A DNA stretch of 64,000 nt from Octopus vulgaris (lineage: Eukaryota), in the NCBI GenBank assembly GCA_951406725.2, contig OX597827.1, positions 6,510,001-6,574,000 of the forward strand, given 5' to 3'. Shown here piece after piece: positions 40,994-54,109 of this stretch. The notes below the pieces were generated by a model. That model did not search any database and was not told where the DNA came from. It saw only the letters and a program-made list of their open reading frames with translations. A program made the translations under genes and the position numbers. Positions within the stretch are counted from its first letter, which is position 1, and each line of letters begins with the position of its first letter.

Positions 40994-41093
40994 GTCCTCA
41001 TTTATAAATTTTAAACAGAACAAATTAGTGAAGTTTGGTTCTGTTGTTGTAATACAGCTTTTTGATATTACACCCAAGCTGGAGGAAAACAAT

Positions 41094-41130
41094 CTGAAAA
41101 ACACAAGCAGAAAAAAAAGAGACATTAAAA
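41094..41130 (-). promoter_or_regulatory. Polypyrimidine tract and 3' splice acceptor of the large protocadherin exon (implies an upstream non-coding exon)
   Basis: Minus strand ttttaatgtctcttttttttctgcttgtgtttttcag|attg, 100 nt upstream of ATG 40993. Confidence 0.7.
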
Positions 41131-41330
41131 ATGGATAGAACAAAAGGGTTTGGTTCAAGATTAGAAGCTACTATTGTCAAGATACAAGCAAGTCTAATGC
41201 TCAGCATAATGTAATATATACATACATATGCACATACATATGAACAAGCACACATATAAATAAATATAGATACAAAGAGAGGTGCATGGCCCAGTGGATA
41301 GAATGTCAGGCTCACAATCTTGAGGAATAG

Positions 41331-42114
41331 TTTGTCAACAAACAGCTATGGGACTCAAATCCACATCTCTTGAAGACTCCAGCCAAGTGCTTTACCATTA
41401 AGCTAAACTGCCCACTGACAAATTAATCCACAAATTTTTACACTATAAAGCTGAAAGTATAACTACGTGTATATAAGTATAAACAAACTAACCTTTGTTT
41501 TTTATAAGCATTGAACTGTGTACTGTAAGATACAATTCAAATGATGATTTATTTTCAAACAAAGAAATGCCATTAGAACACAGAAATATTGGGTAAGTTA
41601 CCCACATCTCTTTGTGGATTAATTTGTCAGCGTGGAGGCGCAATGGCCCAGTGGTTAGGGCTGCGGACTCGCGGTCATAGGATCACGGTTTCGATTCCCA
41701 GACTGGGCGTTGTGAGTGTTTATTGAGCGTAAACACCTAAAAAGCTCAACGAGGCTCCGGCAGGGGATGGTGGTGATCCCTGCTGTACTCTTTCACCACA
41801 ACTTTCTCTCACTCTTACTTCCTGTTTCTGTTGTACCTGTATTTCAAAGGGCCGGCCTTGTCACTCTCTGTGTCACGTTGAATATCCCCGAGAACTACGT
41901 TAAGGGTACATGTGTCTGTGGAGTGCTCATCCACTTACACGTTAATTTCATGAGCAGGCTGTTCCGTTGATTCGGATCAACCGGAACCCTCGTCGTCGTA
42001 ACTGACAGAGTGCTTCCATCAATTTGTCAGTGGGCAGTTTAGGTTAACAGCAAAGCACTTGGCTGGAGTCTTCAAGAGATGTGCTTTTGAGTCTCATAGC
42101 TGTTTGTTGACAAA
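41331..42114. mobile_element. Fold-back element with tRNA-like inverted arms, right arm split by a SINE
   Basis: 41331-41434 is reverse-complementary to 41611-41630 joined to 42031-42114. Confidence 0.7.
41631..42020 (+). mobile_element. tRNA-derived SINE (family F) with 10 bp TSD
   Basis: A box tggcccagtgg, B box ggtttcgattcc; TSD aatttgtcag at 41621-41630 and 42021-42030. Partial minus copy at ~48370-48510. Confidence 0.85.
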
Positions 42115-42660
42115 TTTTTCCGATGGCATTTCTGCATCTGAAAATGACTTATCATCTTATTTGTATCTTACAGTACATATTTCAATGCTTTTTATATTTA
42201 TATACATGTGCGTATTTGTGTTTGTATATGTGTGTCTGTGTGTTTTTTTTTTTTTTACTTTTTAGTCGGTGGAGAAAGGCAGTGTCCAAGAGCCTTTAGA
42301 GAGCCTCTGAGACTGAGAGGGGGAAGAGATAGAGGGATGGAAAGAGGACGGTATGAGCAAATCAATAAGCATACCTACTGAAGGTATCCAAGGTGAAAGA
42401 TGATGATGTTAAACCAGGCATGAATTAACCCATTAATTACCATATTTCAGCTGAAATACACTGCCTTTATTGCAATTAATTTTGAAAATAATAATTAAGA
42501 ATTTAGCGAAAAAATACTTTGTTATTGCTAAGCTGGTGCTTCGAACATAAATTAGTATGAAATTTTGATGGAAAGTTTTAATTTAGAACACTTTAAAACA
42601 AAAAACTTGTTGTAGGACAAGAGGCAGTCTTATTGTCATCATCATTATTATTATTATTAT

Positions 42661-42726
<66 letters not shown>

Positions 42727-42977
42727 GACAAGAGGCAGTCTTATTACAAAGCCGTTAATGTCTCCCGTCCAAGTAGACCATTCAGGGATTTCAAACTCAA
42801 AATGCAGAAATCTAGGACAAACACCCCAAGTCATCTGGTCCATGGACCTCAACAGGATTTGAACCCAAAGAGCAGAATGTCAGAACAAATACTGAAGCAT
42901 TTTTTATTCAATGCTCTAAAAACTCTACCAATTAACATGTGTGTGTGTGCATGTGCGTGTGCATGTGTATAAGTGCT

Positions 42978-43198
42978 CTCTTTTACTCTTTTACTTGTTT
43001 CAGTCATTTGACTGCGGCCATGCTGGAGCACCGCCTTTAGTCGAGCAAATCGACCCCGGGACTTATTCTTTGTAAGCCTAGTACTTATTCTATCGGTCTC
43101 TTTTGCCGTACCGCTAAGTGACGGGGACGTAAACACACCAGCATCAGTTGTCAAGCAATGCTAGGGGGACAAACACAGACACACAAACACACACACAT

Positions 43199-43242
<44 letters not shown>

Positions 43243-43405
43243 GACTGGCTTCTTTCAGTTTCCATCTACCAAATCCACTCACAAGGCATTGGTCGGCCCG
43301 GGGCTATAGCAGAAGACACTTGCTCAAGATGCCACGCAGTGGGACCGAACCCGAAACCATGTGGTTGGTTAGCAAGCTACTTACCACACAGCCACTCCTA
43401 CGCCT
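42978..43405 (-). mobile_element. SINE family A, full length
   Basis: Reverse complement of family consensus. Further minus copies at 46417-46833, 55335-55757, 59165-59588. Confidence 0.88.
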
Positions 43406-43802
43406 GCGTGTGTGTGTTAATATTTTATTTAATTTATTTGATATCATTTGATACCATTATTGTCAGGACGATTTTGAATCATTATTTGAAAGAATTCTGT
43501 CTTTTGTAACTTCCTGTGTCATTGAAACAGAATAGTTGATCTAAAATCATTTCTAACCACTTACTTACTTGATGATACTTTAGATGTCAGAACGGTTTGG
43601 TTTGAATTTCTCATGTGGTTTGGAAGGAACTTTTGAAAGGCAAAATGGTTACTTTGATGACAGAGAATTGAATTAAATAAATTGTCTCCATAGACTTCAT
43701 CTTGTTGGCAGATCAATCATTTTGTGACTGAAGTATGAGCTTTGTATTGTCTTTAGAGTTACAGTGAAAATGTTTCACTTCATTTTGAAGTACAATTTGG
43801 CA

Positions 43803-44319
<517 letters not shown>

Positions 44320-44500
44320 GCTGGCAGAATCATAGCACACTAGGCAAAATGTTTAGTAGCATTTCATCTGACTTATGTTTTGAGTTCAAATTCCAGTGAG
44401 GTCAATTATCATTATCATTATCATTATGCCATTATAGTTATACTCAGATTTTATGTTACCAGAATAAACAAACTTGTAACTTGTTGGCAAAAATGTGTTG

Positions 44501-44570
<70 letters not shown>

Positions 44571-44572
<2 letters not shown>

Positions 44573-44840
44573 AAATAAGAAAATGGAGAAATACACCTTA
44601 ATCAATAATCAACTACCAGATAATACCCAATCACATAATTTATTAACCCACCACAAATGAACATGAAGGTCAAACATAGTGTACTTATTGTATCATATTA
44701 CTCATTGATGTGCATTGTTTGTTCTGTACTATTATGTTTGACCTTGATGTTTATATGTAGTGGTTTAATAAATTATGTGATTGGGTATTATCTGGTAGTT
44801 GATCATTGATTAAGATGTGTTTCTCCATTTTCTTATTTTG
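44571..44840. repeat. Imperfect fold-back inverted repeat starting at a (TA)n tract
   Basis: caaaataagaaaatggagaaa...ggtcaaacata versus tatgtttgacc...tttctccattttcttattttg. Confidence 0.88.
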
Positions 44841-45015
44841 CATTATTAATTTGTGGAAAAAACATTTTACCTTTGCCCATATAATACAGTAAATGAATTA
44901 ATTGCATCGCAATTCTTAACATTTATGTATTAACTTTGTTGGGTACTTTACTGGCAGTATATTGGATATATGTTATCCCATAGTGGGTTGCACTCACAAC
45001 CCCTATCTCAATATG

Positions 45016-45124
<109 letters not shown>

Positions 45125-45550
45125 CAATTATATAAAATCTTTAAAAAGAAATTATCAGTAGTCAGCGTGAAAAACCTCGTAAGAGAAAAAATCAATATAA
45201 TAATACCCTCAATATAATATATATATATATGTATGCAATATATATATATTTATATATGTGCAACGGCTATATATATATATATATATAGGTGTAGGAGTGG
45301 CTGTGTGGTAAGTAGCTTGCTTACAAACCACATGGTTCCGAGTTCAGTTCCACTGCGTGGCACCTTGGGCAAGTGTCTTCTACTATAACCTTGGGCCGAC
45401 CAAAGGCTTGTGAGTGGATTTGGTAGACTGAAAGAAGCTCGTTGTATATATGTACACACAAGTAGAGACAACCAAAATATTATTAGTTTTGAAATAATGC
45501 CATACAAATGTTATAACCCTCCCTGGCAAATGTAATTTACGGTCAATAGA

Positions 45551-45556
45551 TGGATG

Positions 45557-45588
<32 letters not shown>

Positions 45589-45706
45589 GACGATGATGAT
45601 GATGATGATGATGATGATGTTGATGATGATGATGATGATGTGTTGGTGGTGGTGGTGGTGGTGGTGGTGGTGGTGGTGGTGGTGGTGGTGATGATGATGA
45701 TGGTGG

Positions 45707-45770
<64 letters not shown>

Positions 45771-45808
45771 AGTGTTGGTGGTGGTGGTGGTGATGATGAT
45801 GATGGTGG

Positions 45809-45839
<31 letters not shown>

Positions 45840-45959
45840 AGTGTTGGTGGTGGTGGTGGTGGTGATGATGATGATGGTGGTGATGGTGGTGGTGGTGATG
45901 ATGGTGATGATGATGATGATGATGATGATGATGACGACAACCATGATGACGATGATGAC

Positions 45960-46012
<53 letters not shown>
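45551..46012. repeat. Compound (GAT)n/(GGT)n microsatellite
   Basis: Direct reading. Confidence 0.95.
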
Positions 46013-46013
<1 letters not shown>

Positions 46014-46628
46014 ACTGGTGGAGGTGGGGTGTGCAGGTGACAGGCAATGGTGACAGTGATAATGATAATGAATAATACTTCAATCACTCGGGATTGAAAT
46101 ACATCCTCAGAATCCCAGATAAACACTAGATTATAGCCTTATTTATATATTCTCATTAATCAAAATCATCTCAGGTTGTCAGTATATACACCAGGAGCAT
46201 TCTTATTTCTTTCTAGCAGAGTTATATTTAGCCGTTAACAAGAGTCTGACGCAAGCCCAGAATGGTAAACTATCAGACTATCCCTGTGAATAATTGATTA
46301 ATTACTGCTTTATTCATATATATATACATATATTGATAGAAATGGTAAGACAACAAAAGAATGAAAGAGACCTCGATATTATGTAAATAGAGGAATTTAT
46401 CTGTAAATATAATATACTCTCTTTTACTCTTTTACTTGTTTCAGTCATTTGACTGTGGCCATGCTGGAGCACCACCTTTAGTCGAGCAAATCGACCCCGG
46501 GACTTATTCTTTGTAAGCCCAGTACTTATTCTATCGGTCTCTTTTTGCCGAACCGCTAAGTGACGGGGACGTAAACACACCAGCATCAGTTGTCAAGCAA
46601 TGCTAGGGGGACAAACACGGACACACAA

Positions 46629-46661
<33 letters not shown>

Positions 46662-47142
46662 CATATATACGACAGGCTTCTTTCAGTTTCTGTCTACCAA
46701 ATCCACTCACAAGGCATTGGTCGGCCCGGGGCTATAGCAGAAGACACTTGCCCAAGATGCCACGCAGTGGGACTGAACCCGAAACCATGTGGTTGGTTAG
46801 CAAGCTACTTACCACACAGCCACTCCTGCACCTATATGTGACAATTTTTTGGTAACCATGATGAAACTTCAAGTTTCGGATGTCGGGGCGGAAACCGATG
46901 CCAGTATCTCTTCAGTTATCGGGCCATCAAAAAAATGCTATGAAAATTTTATCCTATATTAGATACAAATTTAATACTATTCACTTCCGAACTCTCTCAC
47001 TTTATGAGAATTTTCAGTCCGATCAAACATGTCTCGAGGAATGCTGTAGAATTTCTATTTTGGGGTACTTAAGTGTACACATGACTTAGTGTTTACTTCT
47101 TCCATGGGTATAAGTAAGTATTTCATTTATTTCTTACCGCAT

Positions 47143-47203
47143 TTATTGCTGACGAAGAGAAAATTCTTATGAATTAACTCTGAAATCGGGGCCGATCCAA
47201 TAA
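47143..47203 (+). ncRNA. Type I hammerhead ribozyme motif, intact core
   Basis: Stem I UUAUUG/CAAUAA; core CUGACGA (47149-47155); stem II AGAG..AAUUC-UUAU-GAAUU..CUCU; GAAA; stem III UCG/CGA; cleavage triplet AUC (after 47197). Confidence 0.8.
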
Positions 47204-47473
47204 TAACAGAATTTTTTTAGAAATTTCTGTCGGCTTACTTCAAGACGCATGGTTATTGACGATTTAAGTCCATTTTCGGCATATTTGGCCTTAGAATTTT
47301 TTTCTTTTGTTTTTGTTTATAAGATGTTTATGAATTTAACCTTTAAAGATATTTTTTAATATGCTGGCCATTGATAGAATTTTTTCAAAAGATTTTATCC
47401 TATATTAGATGTATATGTTGGATCATTAGCCCCTACACACATTTTTTTTCTCTCCTTGTTTCTTTTCTGTGTA

Positions 47474-47511
47474 TCTTTCTGTTGAAGAGCGTAGGCTCGA
47501 AACGTAAAAGA
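47474..47511 (+). ncRNA. Minimal hammerhead-like motif (A6U variant), same family (~47425-47610)
   Basis: UCUUU-CUGUUGA-AGAGC-GUAG-GCUC-GAAA-CGUA-AAAGA. Confidence 0.55.
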
Positions 47512-47624
47512 CTTGTTTTATTTCTATTCCTGAGCACCATACTAATACAATTGTTTGTTTGTACACCACCTGCCTTCGTCTTTAGTTTATTTTCGTAAAC
47601 CTTCCCATTTTATATATATATATA

Positions 47625-48078
47625 TATGGTTGGTAGAAGGAAACTGAGAGAAGCCCGTTTGTGTATGCATGTATGTGTGTGTGTGTGTGTGTGTATTTGT
47701 GTGTCTGTGTTTGTCCCCCTGCCATCATTGATAGCCAGTGTTGGTGTGTTTGCGTCCTTCTAACTTCGCAGTTCAGCAAAGGAGACCAATGGAATAGGTG
47801 CTGAGCTAACAGAGAGTGTAAATCCCGGGGTTGATTTGTTCGACTAAAGGTGGTGATATATAAATTTCTTTTATTTCTTTTACTTGTTTCAGTCATTTGA
47901 CTGTGGCCATGCTGGAGCACCACCTTCAGTCGAACAACTCGACCCTGGGACTTACACTCTCTGCAAGCCCAGCACCTATTCCATTGGTCTACTTTGCTGA
48001 ACTGCCAAGTTAGAAGGACACAAACACACCAACACTGGCTATCAGTGATGGCTGGGGGACAAACACAGGCACACAAAT

Positions 48079-48110
<32 letters not shown>

Positions 48111-48190
48111 ACACACACACACACACACAAATACACACACACACACACACACACACAAAGACACACACACACACACACACACACACATGC
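47625..48190. mobile_element. Tail-to-tail pair of diverged SINE A 3' halves sharing private substitutions
   Basis: 47625-47855 (+) and 47870-48190 (-) share atagccagtgttgg, gtccttctaac, aatggaataggtgctg and cagagagtgtaa, which other copies here lack. Confidence 0.8.
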
Positions 48191-48726
48191 AAAGGATGAT
48201 AGCAAAGGAGAATGGGGGCACCAGCCAGCCAAAGTTTGGGGTGGGCTTCACCTGCCTACTTCGGTTGCTATGGCATTGAAGTAGATCCAGCCACCCCCAT
48301 TAACGGGGACAAAACCCGGATTTTAAACACTGGATAATGATGATGATATATACATATATACTGACATTCTGCCAGTGATGACGCTGAGGGTTCCAGTTGA
48401 TCTGATCACTGGAATAGCCAGCTTGTGAAATGACCATGCAAGTGGCTGAGCACTCCACAGACATGTGTACCCTTAATGTAGTTTTCTGGTAGAATCAGCG
48501 TAGTTCTCTCAAATAATAAGTAGTGGGCTTACAAAGAATAAATCCTGTGGTCGAATTTTCCAACTAAAGGCAGTGCTCCAGCATGGCCACAGTCACATGA
48601 CTGAAACAAGTAAAGCAATAAAAAAAAAACTATGCCATTTTAATCCTGAACAAGGCTGGGTTTCTCTGTAAGTAAGTATGCATGTACGTACGTATGTACG
48701 TGCATATGTACGTGCATATGTACGTA

Positions 48727-48766
<40 letters not shown>

Positions 48767-49504
48767 TGTATACATATATAAATTAATGAGACAATTATCA
48801 GAAGAAATGTTCTACAATCTCACCCCAATAAAAAATCAATAAGGGAAAGATCAGATGTCTGTTGATCTTTATAAAAATATTTGCCGGCATGAACCAAAAA
48901 AACAATGACTATGCTAGGCTGATTGCTTTGGTAACCTATAAATAATCCTAATAATCAGCAGCTTTGGAGACTAAAAGATTTCTGAATGGTAAAATTCCAC
49001 CTACAAATAGAAGTGAAAGTTAAACACAAGTACGTCAGCACATTGAAAGATGGTTTACACCAGTGGTTCTCAACCAGGGCCCATATGGAACCTGAGGGCC
49101 CATATAAGATTTTGGGGTGTCCACACGACAAAATAGTAATTTAGCACCTGTGCATGTAAATAGTACCTGTGCATCGTAGTCATGGTCGTCGCTGGTGTCA
49201 TGTAAATAGCACCCATGTCAGTGACATATAAAAACACCCACTACACTCCTGGAGTGTAGCCATATACCAGATAGCACATGGCTGTGTGGTTAGGGAGCTT
49301 GCTTCTCAACTACATGGTTTCGGGTTCAGTCCCACTGCATGGCACTTTGGGTAGGTGTCTTCCACTATAGCCCCGAGCCAACCGAAGCTTTGTGATTGAA
49401 TTCGATAGGCGGGATTACTGCCGTGTGTGTATGTGTGCGTATAGCTGCTCAGTGCCTCTCCGAAAGAGAGAGAGGTATAACATACGTTATACTTACATGT
49501 ATAT

Positions 49505-49543
<39 letters not shown>

Positions 49544-50367
49544 AAACTCAACTTGTGTGTCTGTGTGTGTATCTGTGTGTGTGTCTGTGTGTTTAACTTC
49601 CTGCCACATCTCCTCCTAGCCAACAAATCGTCGAACCACCCAAAATGGGTCACTTAAAGTTTAGGCGAATGAAAATTGAACTGTGCTATTTCTGTTCCGA
49701 AATTCATCTTGCAAGTGCAAAAGTCTATAATGTGTTTGTTTACGCCTTATCCCATGCATTGAATAGTGAACTTTACTCAGTCAGCTGTTTGACATGAACT
49801 GTGTTCACCATGCATGCAAGCATGCGTAAATTGCATGAAAAATAAAAAATCAAGATATCAAAACGAATTGCCGTAAACATTGAAGAAATTCGGCAAAGAA
49901 ATGAATTTTCGGGATGTAACCTGGAGGGTTTTTTCGTATTAATCATTTGGACATTGTGAACACATACCAATTGTTTTCATAACATTCTTAACGCTTTGAA
50001 TTAAATGTGACCATTTTGCGTTGAGTCTGTAGTTTGAATCACTTTAACCAAATTTTAGCAGGCCGGATTTTTGATCATCATGATACATCGCCAGCAACTC
50101 CCTGAAACTCTCCCCTGAAATCCCCGTTGAGAAATACTGATCTAAAAGAATAATTCAGCAATGCAATTATTTGATCAACAAAAATTTATGAAACACATAT
50201 ACGTACTTCCTATTGAGGAAATGGAACACATAAGTGCAAAAATAGAGGGCATTAAATGCTTGATTTTAAAACCAAAATAATTGAATTTTGATTGAACTTC
50301 ATCCAAGTTTAACTTAATTCGCGCGTGCATAGAACGCACGAGCACACGAACCGGGCAATACTGCTAG

Positions 50368-50402
<35 letters not shown>

Positions 50403-50701
50403 ATTTATGTGCTATCTGGTATATTCCATTAAAGAAGGCAGAGCATCTCTTATGCAAAGTCAGAAATCCAGGATCTGGAATTATCCAGTAAAATTTTTTT
50501 GCTAGTTTATTTTATCTCTCTGTCTACTCTCCTAGTGCTATATGAACATTTAATGTGACTTTAGGGTCAGGTTTTGACTGCTATTTCAGTGTGGTGGTAT
50601 CTCTCAGATACCCTAATTTATAGAGTTCGCCATGTTGATTCGCTAGCTTCTGCACGCATTTTTTTCTCTCCTTGTTTCTCTCCATGTTTCTTTTCTGTGT
50701 A

Positions 50702-50739
50702 TCTTTCTGTTGAAGAGCGTAGGCTCGAAACGTAAAAGA
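50702..50739 (+). ncRNA. Minimal hammerhead-like motif (A6U variant), same family (~50625-50840)
   Basis: Identical motif to 47474-47511; element ends in (TA)n. Confidence 0.55.
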
Positions 50740-51199
50740 CTTGTTTTATTTCTATTCCTGAGCACCTTACTAATACATTTGTTTGTTTGTACTCCACCGG
50801 CCTTCGTCTTTTGTTTATTTTCATAAAGCTTCCCGTTATATATATATATATATATAGCAACAGAGACGGCATGAATACCGAAAGGTAATATTTATATATT
50901 CATATCAACTTTTATGTGGGGACAAATATTATGTCCCATAAGAGATCGATCAATAAAATAATGACCAGATTTTAGAATAAGTCCTGGGGTCAATATGACA
51001 TATCAACCTATTGAAGGTGGTGCCCCAGCTTGGCCCCATAGACTGAAATCAGTTAAAAGAACATAGGAGTAACATTACGAGCATTGGTGTAAAGGTTACA
51101 GTTTTCCCAGAGTAGAAATTATTGTTGTATTAGAATATATGGACAGTTAAATTGTTTAATCTTCTAGCAAACAATTCAGCTCATGCACTGGCTTCTAAA

Positions 51200-51375
51200 T
51201 ACACAACACACACACACATAGACCTTACATGAAATATATGCCCACCCTACACACAATGGAGACACACACACACACACACTAAACATACACTACACACACA
51301 CATAGACCTTATACGAAATATATGCCCACCCTGCACACAATGGAGACACACACACACACACACACTAAACATACA

Positions 51376-51436
<61 letters not shown>

Positions 51437-51473
51437 ATACACTACACACACACACACACACACTAAACATACA

Positions 51474-51510
<37 letters not shown>

Positions 51511-52050
51511 ATACACTACACACACACATAGACCTTATACGAAATATATGCACACCTTACACACAATGGAGACACGCACACACACACACTAAACATACAC
51601 TACACACACACATAGACCTAATACGAAATATATGCACACCTTACACACAATGGACACACACACACGTACTAAACATACACACACACACACACATGCACAT
51701 AAACCTTTACGAAATATATGCACACACCACACACACTGGACACACCCAGACACACTAAACATACACTACACACACACACACACATACACACACGTACACA
51801 CACAGAGGCCTTACATGAAATATATGCACACCCTACACGCATTGGACACTCACAGACAAACCAAATATACACCACACACACACACACACACATGCAAACA
51901 CTCACAGAAACTCACACAAACATACTACGCAGATATAAACACATACACACTATACACATACACACATACTCACACACAAACACATACACTACACACATAA
52001 CAAACACAATGCACACACACATATACACACTCACACACACACACTCCAGT
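51200..52050. repeat. CA-rich minisatellite (agaccttatacgaaatatatgcacacc...actaaacatacactacac units)
   Basis: At least six diverging units separated by (CA)n. Confidence 0.85.
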
Positions 52051-52409
52051 TAAATATAGATAGATTAATGCTACCTGTCCTTAGGACATCCAACCAATGA
52101 ATATTAAGTACTTAGAACAAAGCAATAATGAATGAAAAATTCATTCAATTTATGGCAGTAATATTTATTTATAGTATTAAATGTTAAGGCAATTTGGAAA
52201 TACAAGTCAATCAGAATATCTGAAAATAATTTCTTTGATAAATAACTTCTGTGCTGAAAGGCAGCTTTTCTAAGACAATGGTTTTGAGATGATTTTTAAA
52301 AGATTTCCTATCATATTCAAGAGTTTTATGTTTCGCACACCTACACGCACTCACATAAGCATGCATACACTCACCCCATGCACCCACACATACATGCCCA
52401 CACACATGC

Positions 52410-52680
52410 GTCATATGTAGCCACTAACATACCAAGAATATTCCTAAAACTAATAGATAACCACTTCCCACACTCCCACAAATACCATAAGATCTTCAAT
52501 AGAAATAATCTTAAAGTCAGCTATAGTTACCTCCCTAAATATAGGGCCAGTATTACTCACCCTCAATAAAGATAATACCAGGGGGAATATCCCTGGAAGA
52601 CAATATATCTCTGAACTGTTGTTCTCTGAATAACAGGTGTCTACAAAAATTACTCGTATACAAGGCCAATATCATCATTA
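52410..52680 (+). pseudogene. Penelope-like retroelement ORF fragment (RT thumb/linker into start of GIY-YIG region; Naiad-like)
   Basis: VATNIPRIFLKLIDNHFPHSHKYHKIFNRNNLKVSYSYLP, then after a stop CSLNNRCLQKLLVYKANI. Matches the recalled PLE pattern VxTNIG..FL.LIDKHFP..H..HKIFNRN..KVSYSC.PN...CPL...CL....VYKA. Confidence 0.7.
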
Positions 52681-53065
52681 TTCAACATCCACTTTTCCAT
52701 GTTCACATGGGTAAGACGAAAGGTTTTGGTGCACATACCCTATGCTTGAGATACCCTTTCTGATGTTAACCCTTACCTGTTTCCAAGCAAGATAATATTT
52801 CCCCGTGACCAAACATTTTTCTCATGGAAGACTAATAATGAACAGCATTGCAGTTATGCTCCTTTACAATCATGGCAGAATATCAAGGAAAGGGTACAAA
52901 CAAAAACACACATATGTGTGTATATATATATATATATGTGTATGTATGTATATATACATATATATATATAGTCAATAAAAAAGAGTAAAATGAATTAATT
53001 GTTAATTAATTCGACCTAGCAGTGTTCGGTGTGTAAAACGACCATTTACGGTATATTTGAAATAT

Positions 53066-53437
53066 TACTTTATAAAAATAGGGTAGAGTAAAATAACTTA
53101 CTTTACCACACACCGAGCTTTTTAGAAATAGCAACCAAAAATTTGGCTATTTCTTCTACTGCAAGAAAAGTCTCCCAGACAATGCATACTCAGAAATAAC
53201 TCACATAGGTATAAAGGAAAAACAACGAAAGATCACATCCAGAGAACAACTCGGGTATCTCATCTGGATGCGATCTTTCGTTGTTTTTCCTTTATACCTA
53301 TGTGAGTTATTTCTGAGTATGCATTGTCTGGGAGACTTTTCTTGCAGTAGAAGAAATAGCCAAATTTTTGGCTGCTATTTCTAAAAAGCTCGGTGTGTGG
53401 TAAAGTAAATTATTTTACTTTACCCTATTTTTATAAA

Positions 53438-53440
<3 letters not shown>
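53066..53440. repeat. Near-perfect fold-back, ~178 bp arms, 19 nt loop
   Basis: 53066-53243 versus 53263-53440; ends directly in (TA)n. Confidence 0.95.
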
Positions 53441-53470
<30 letters not shown>

Positions 53471-53478
<8 letters not shown>

Positions 53479-53684
53479 TATATTAGAGACAAAACCACTA
53501 TTATGCAAATCAAACAAAGAAAGACTTAAGCCAATACATAAAAAATTTATATAAATTAAAATTTAACAATTATAAATTATAATTGTTAAATTTTAATTTA
53601 TATAAATTTTTTTATGTATTGGCTTACATCTTTCTTTGTTTGATTTGCATAATAGTGGTTTTGTCTCTAATATAATATAATATA
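53471..53684. repeat. Near-perfect AT-rich palindrome, ~103 bp arms, ~4 nt loop
   Basis: tattagagacaaaaccactattatgcaaatc...aacaattat/ataattgtt...gatttgcataatagtggttttgtctctaata. Single-arm homolog at ~21570-21650. Confidence 0.93.
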
Positions 53685-53761
53685 ATATTTTACTATAAAA
53701 TTGGATTCAATCCTAAATCTGATTTTTCCCTGTGAATTTGGATTTATTCCCTAATATTTAT

Positions 53762-53799
<38 letters not shown>

Positions 53800-53896
53800 C
53801 ATGAATAAGGCTAAGATCGTTGATTTAATTATCGATCTTATCAAGTGGCCAGCATGGGAATAAAAACCTTCAAAGGTAATAATTATTATTAAAATC

Positions 53897-54109
53897 ATAA
53901 TTTAGGGTATCTAAGAGATACCTCCATGCTGGAAATAGCAGCCAAAACTTGACTCTAAAACTACATTAAATCTTCATACAGCACCAGGTTAGTTCATCTT
54001 GTCCTTTTGTCTTCTCTCTTGGTGCTGTATGAACATTTAATGTGGTTTTAGAGTTAAGTTTTGGCTGTTATTTCCAGCATGGAGGTATCTCTTAGATACC
54101 CTAAATTAT
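53897..54109. repeat. Fold-back, ~90 bp arms
   Basis: ataatttagggtatctaagagatacctccatgctggaaata...cagcacca versus tggtgctg...tatttccagcatggaggtatctcttagataccctaaattat. Single-arm homolog at ~50530-50620. Confidence 0.9.

Noticed and set aside
40994-41158. 55-aa N-terminal extension of the protocadherin ORF
   Set aside because: Starts at TTG and runs through a polypyrimidine tract and acceptor; the signal peptide begins at ATG 40993.
52600-52640. Possible TGA/selenocysteine codon in the PLE cysteine motif
   Set aside because: Region is mutated and the TGA is not in the motif frame; cannot be inferred from this relic.
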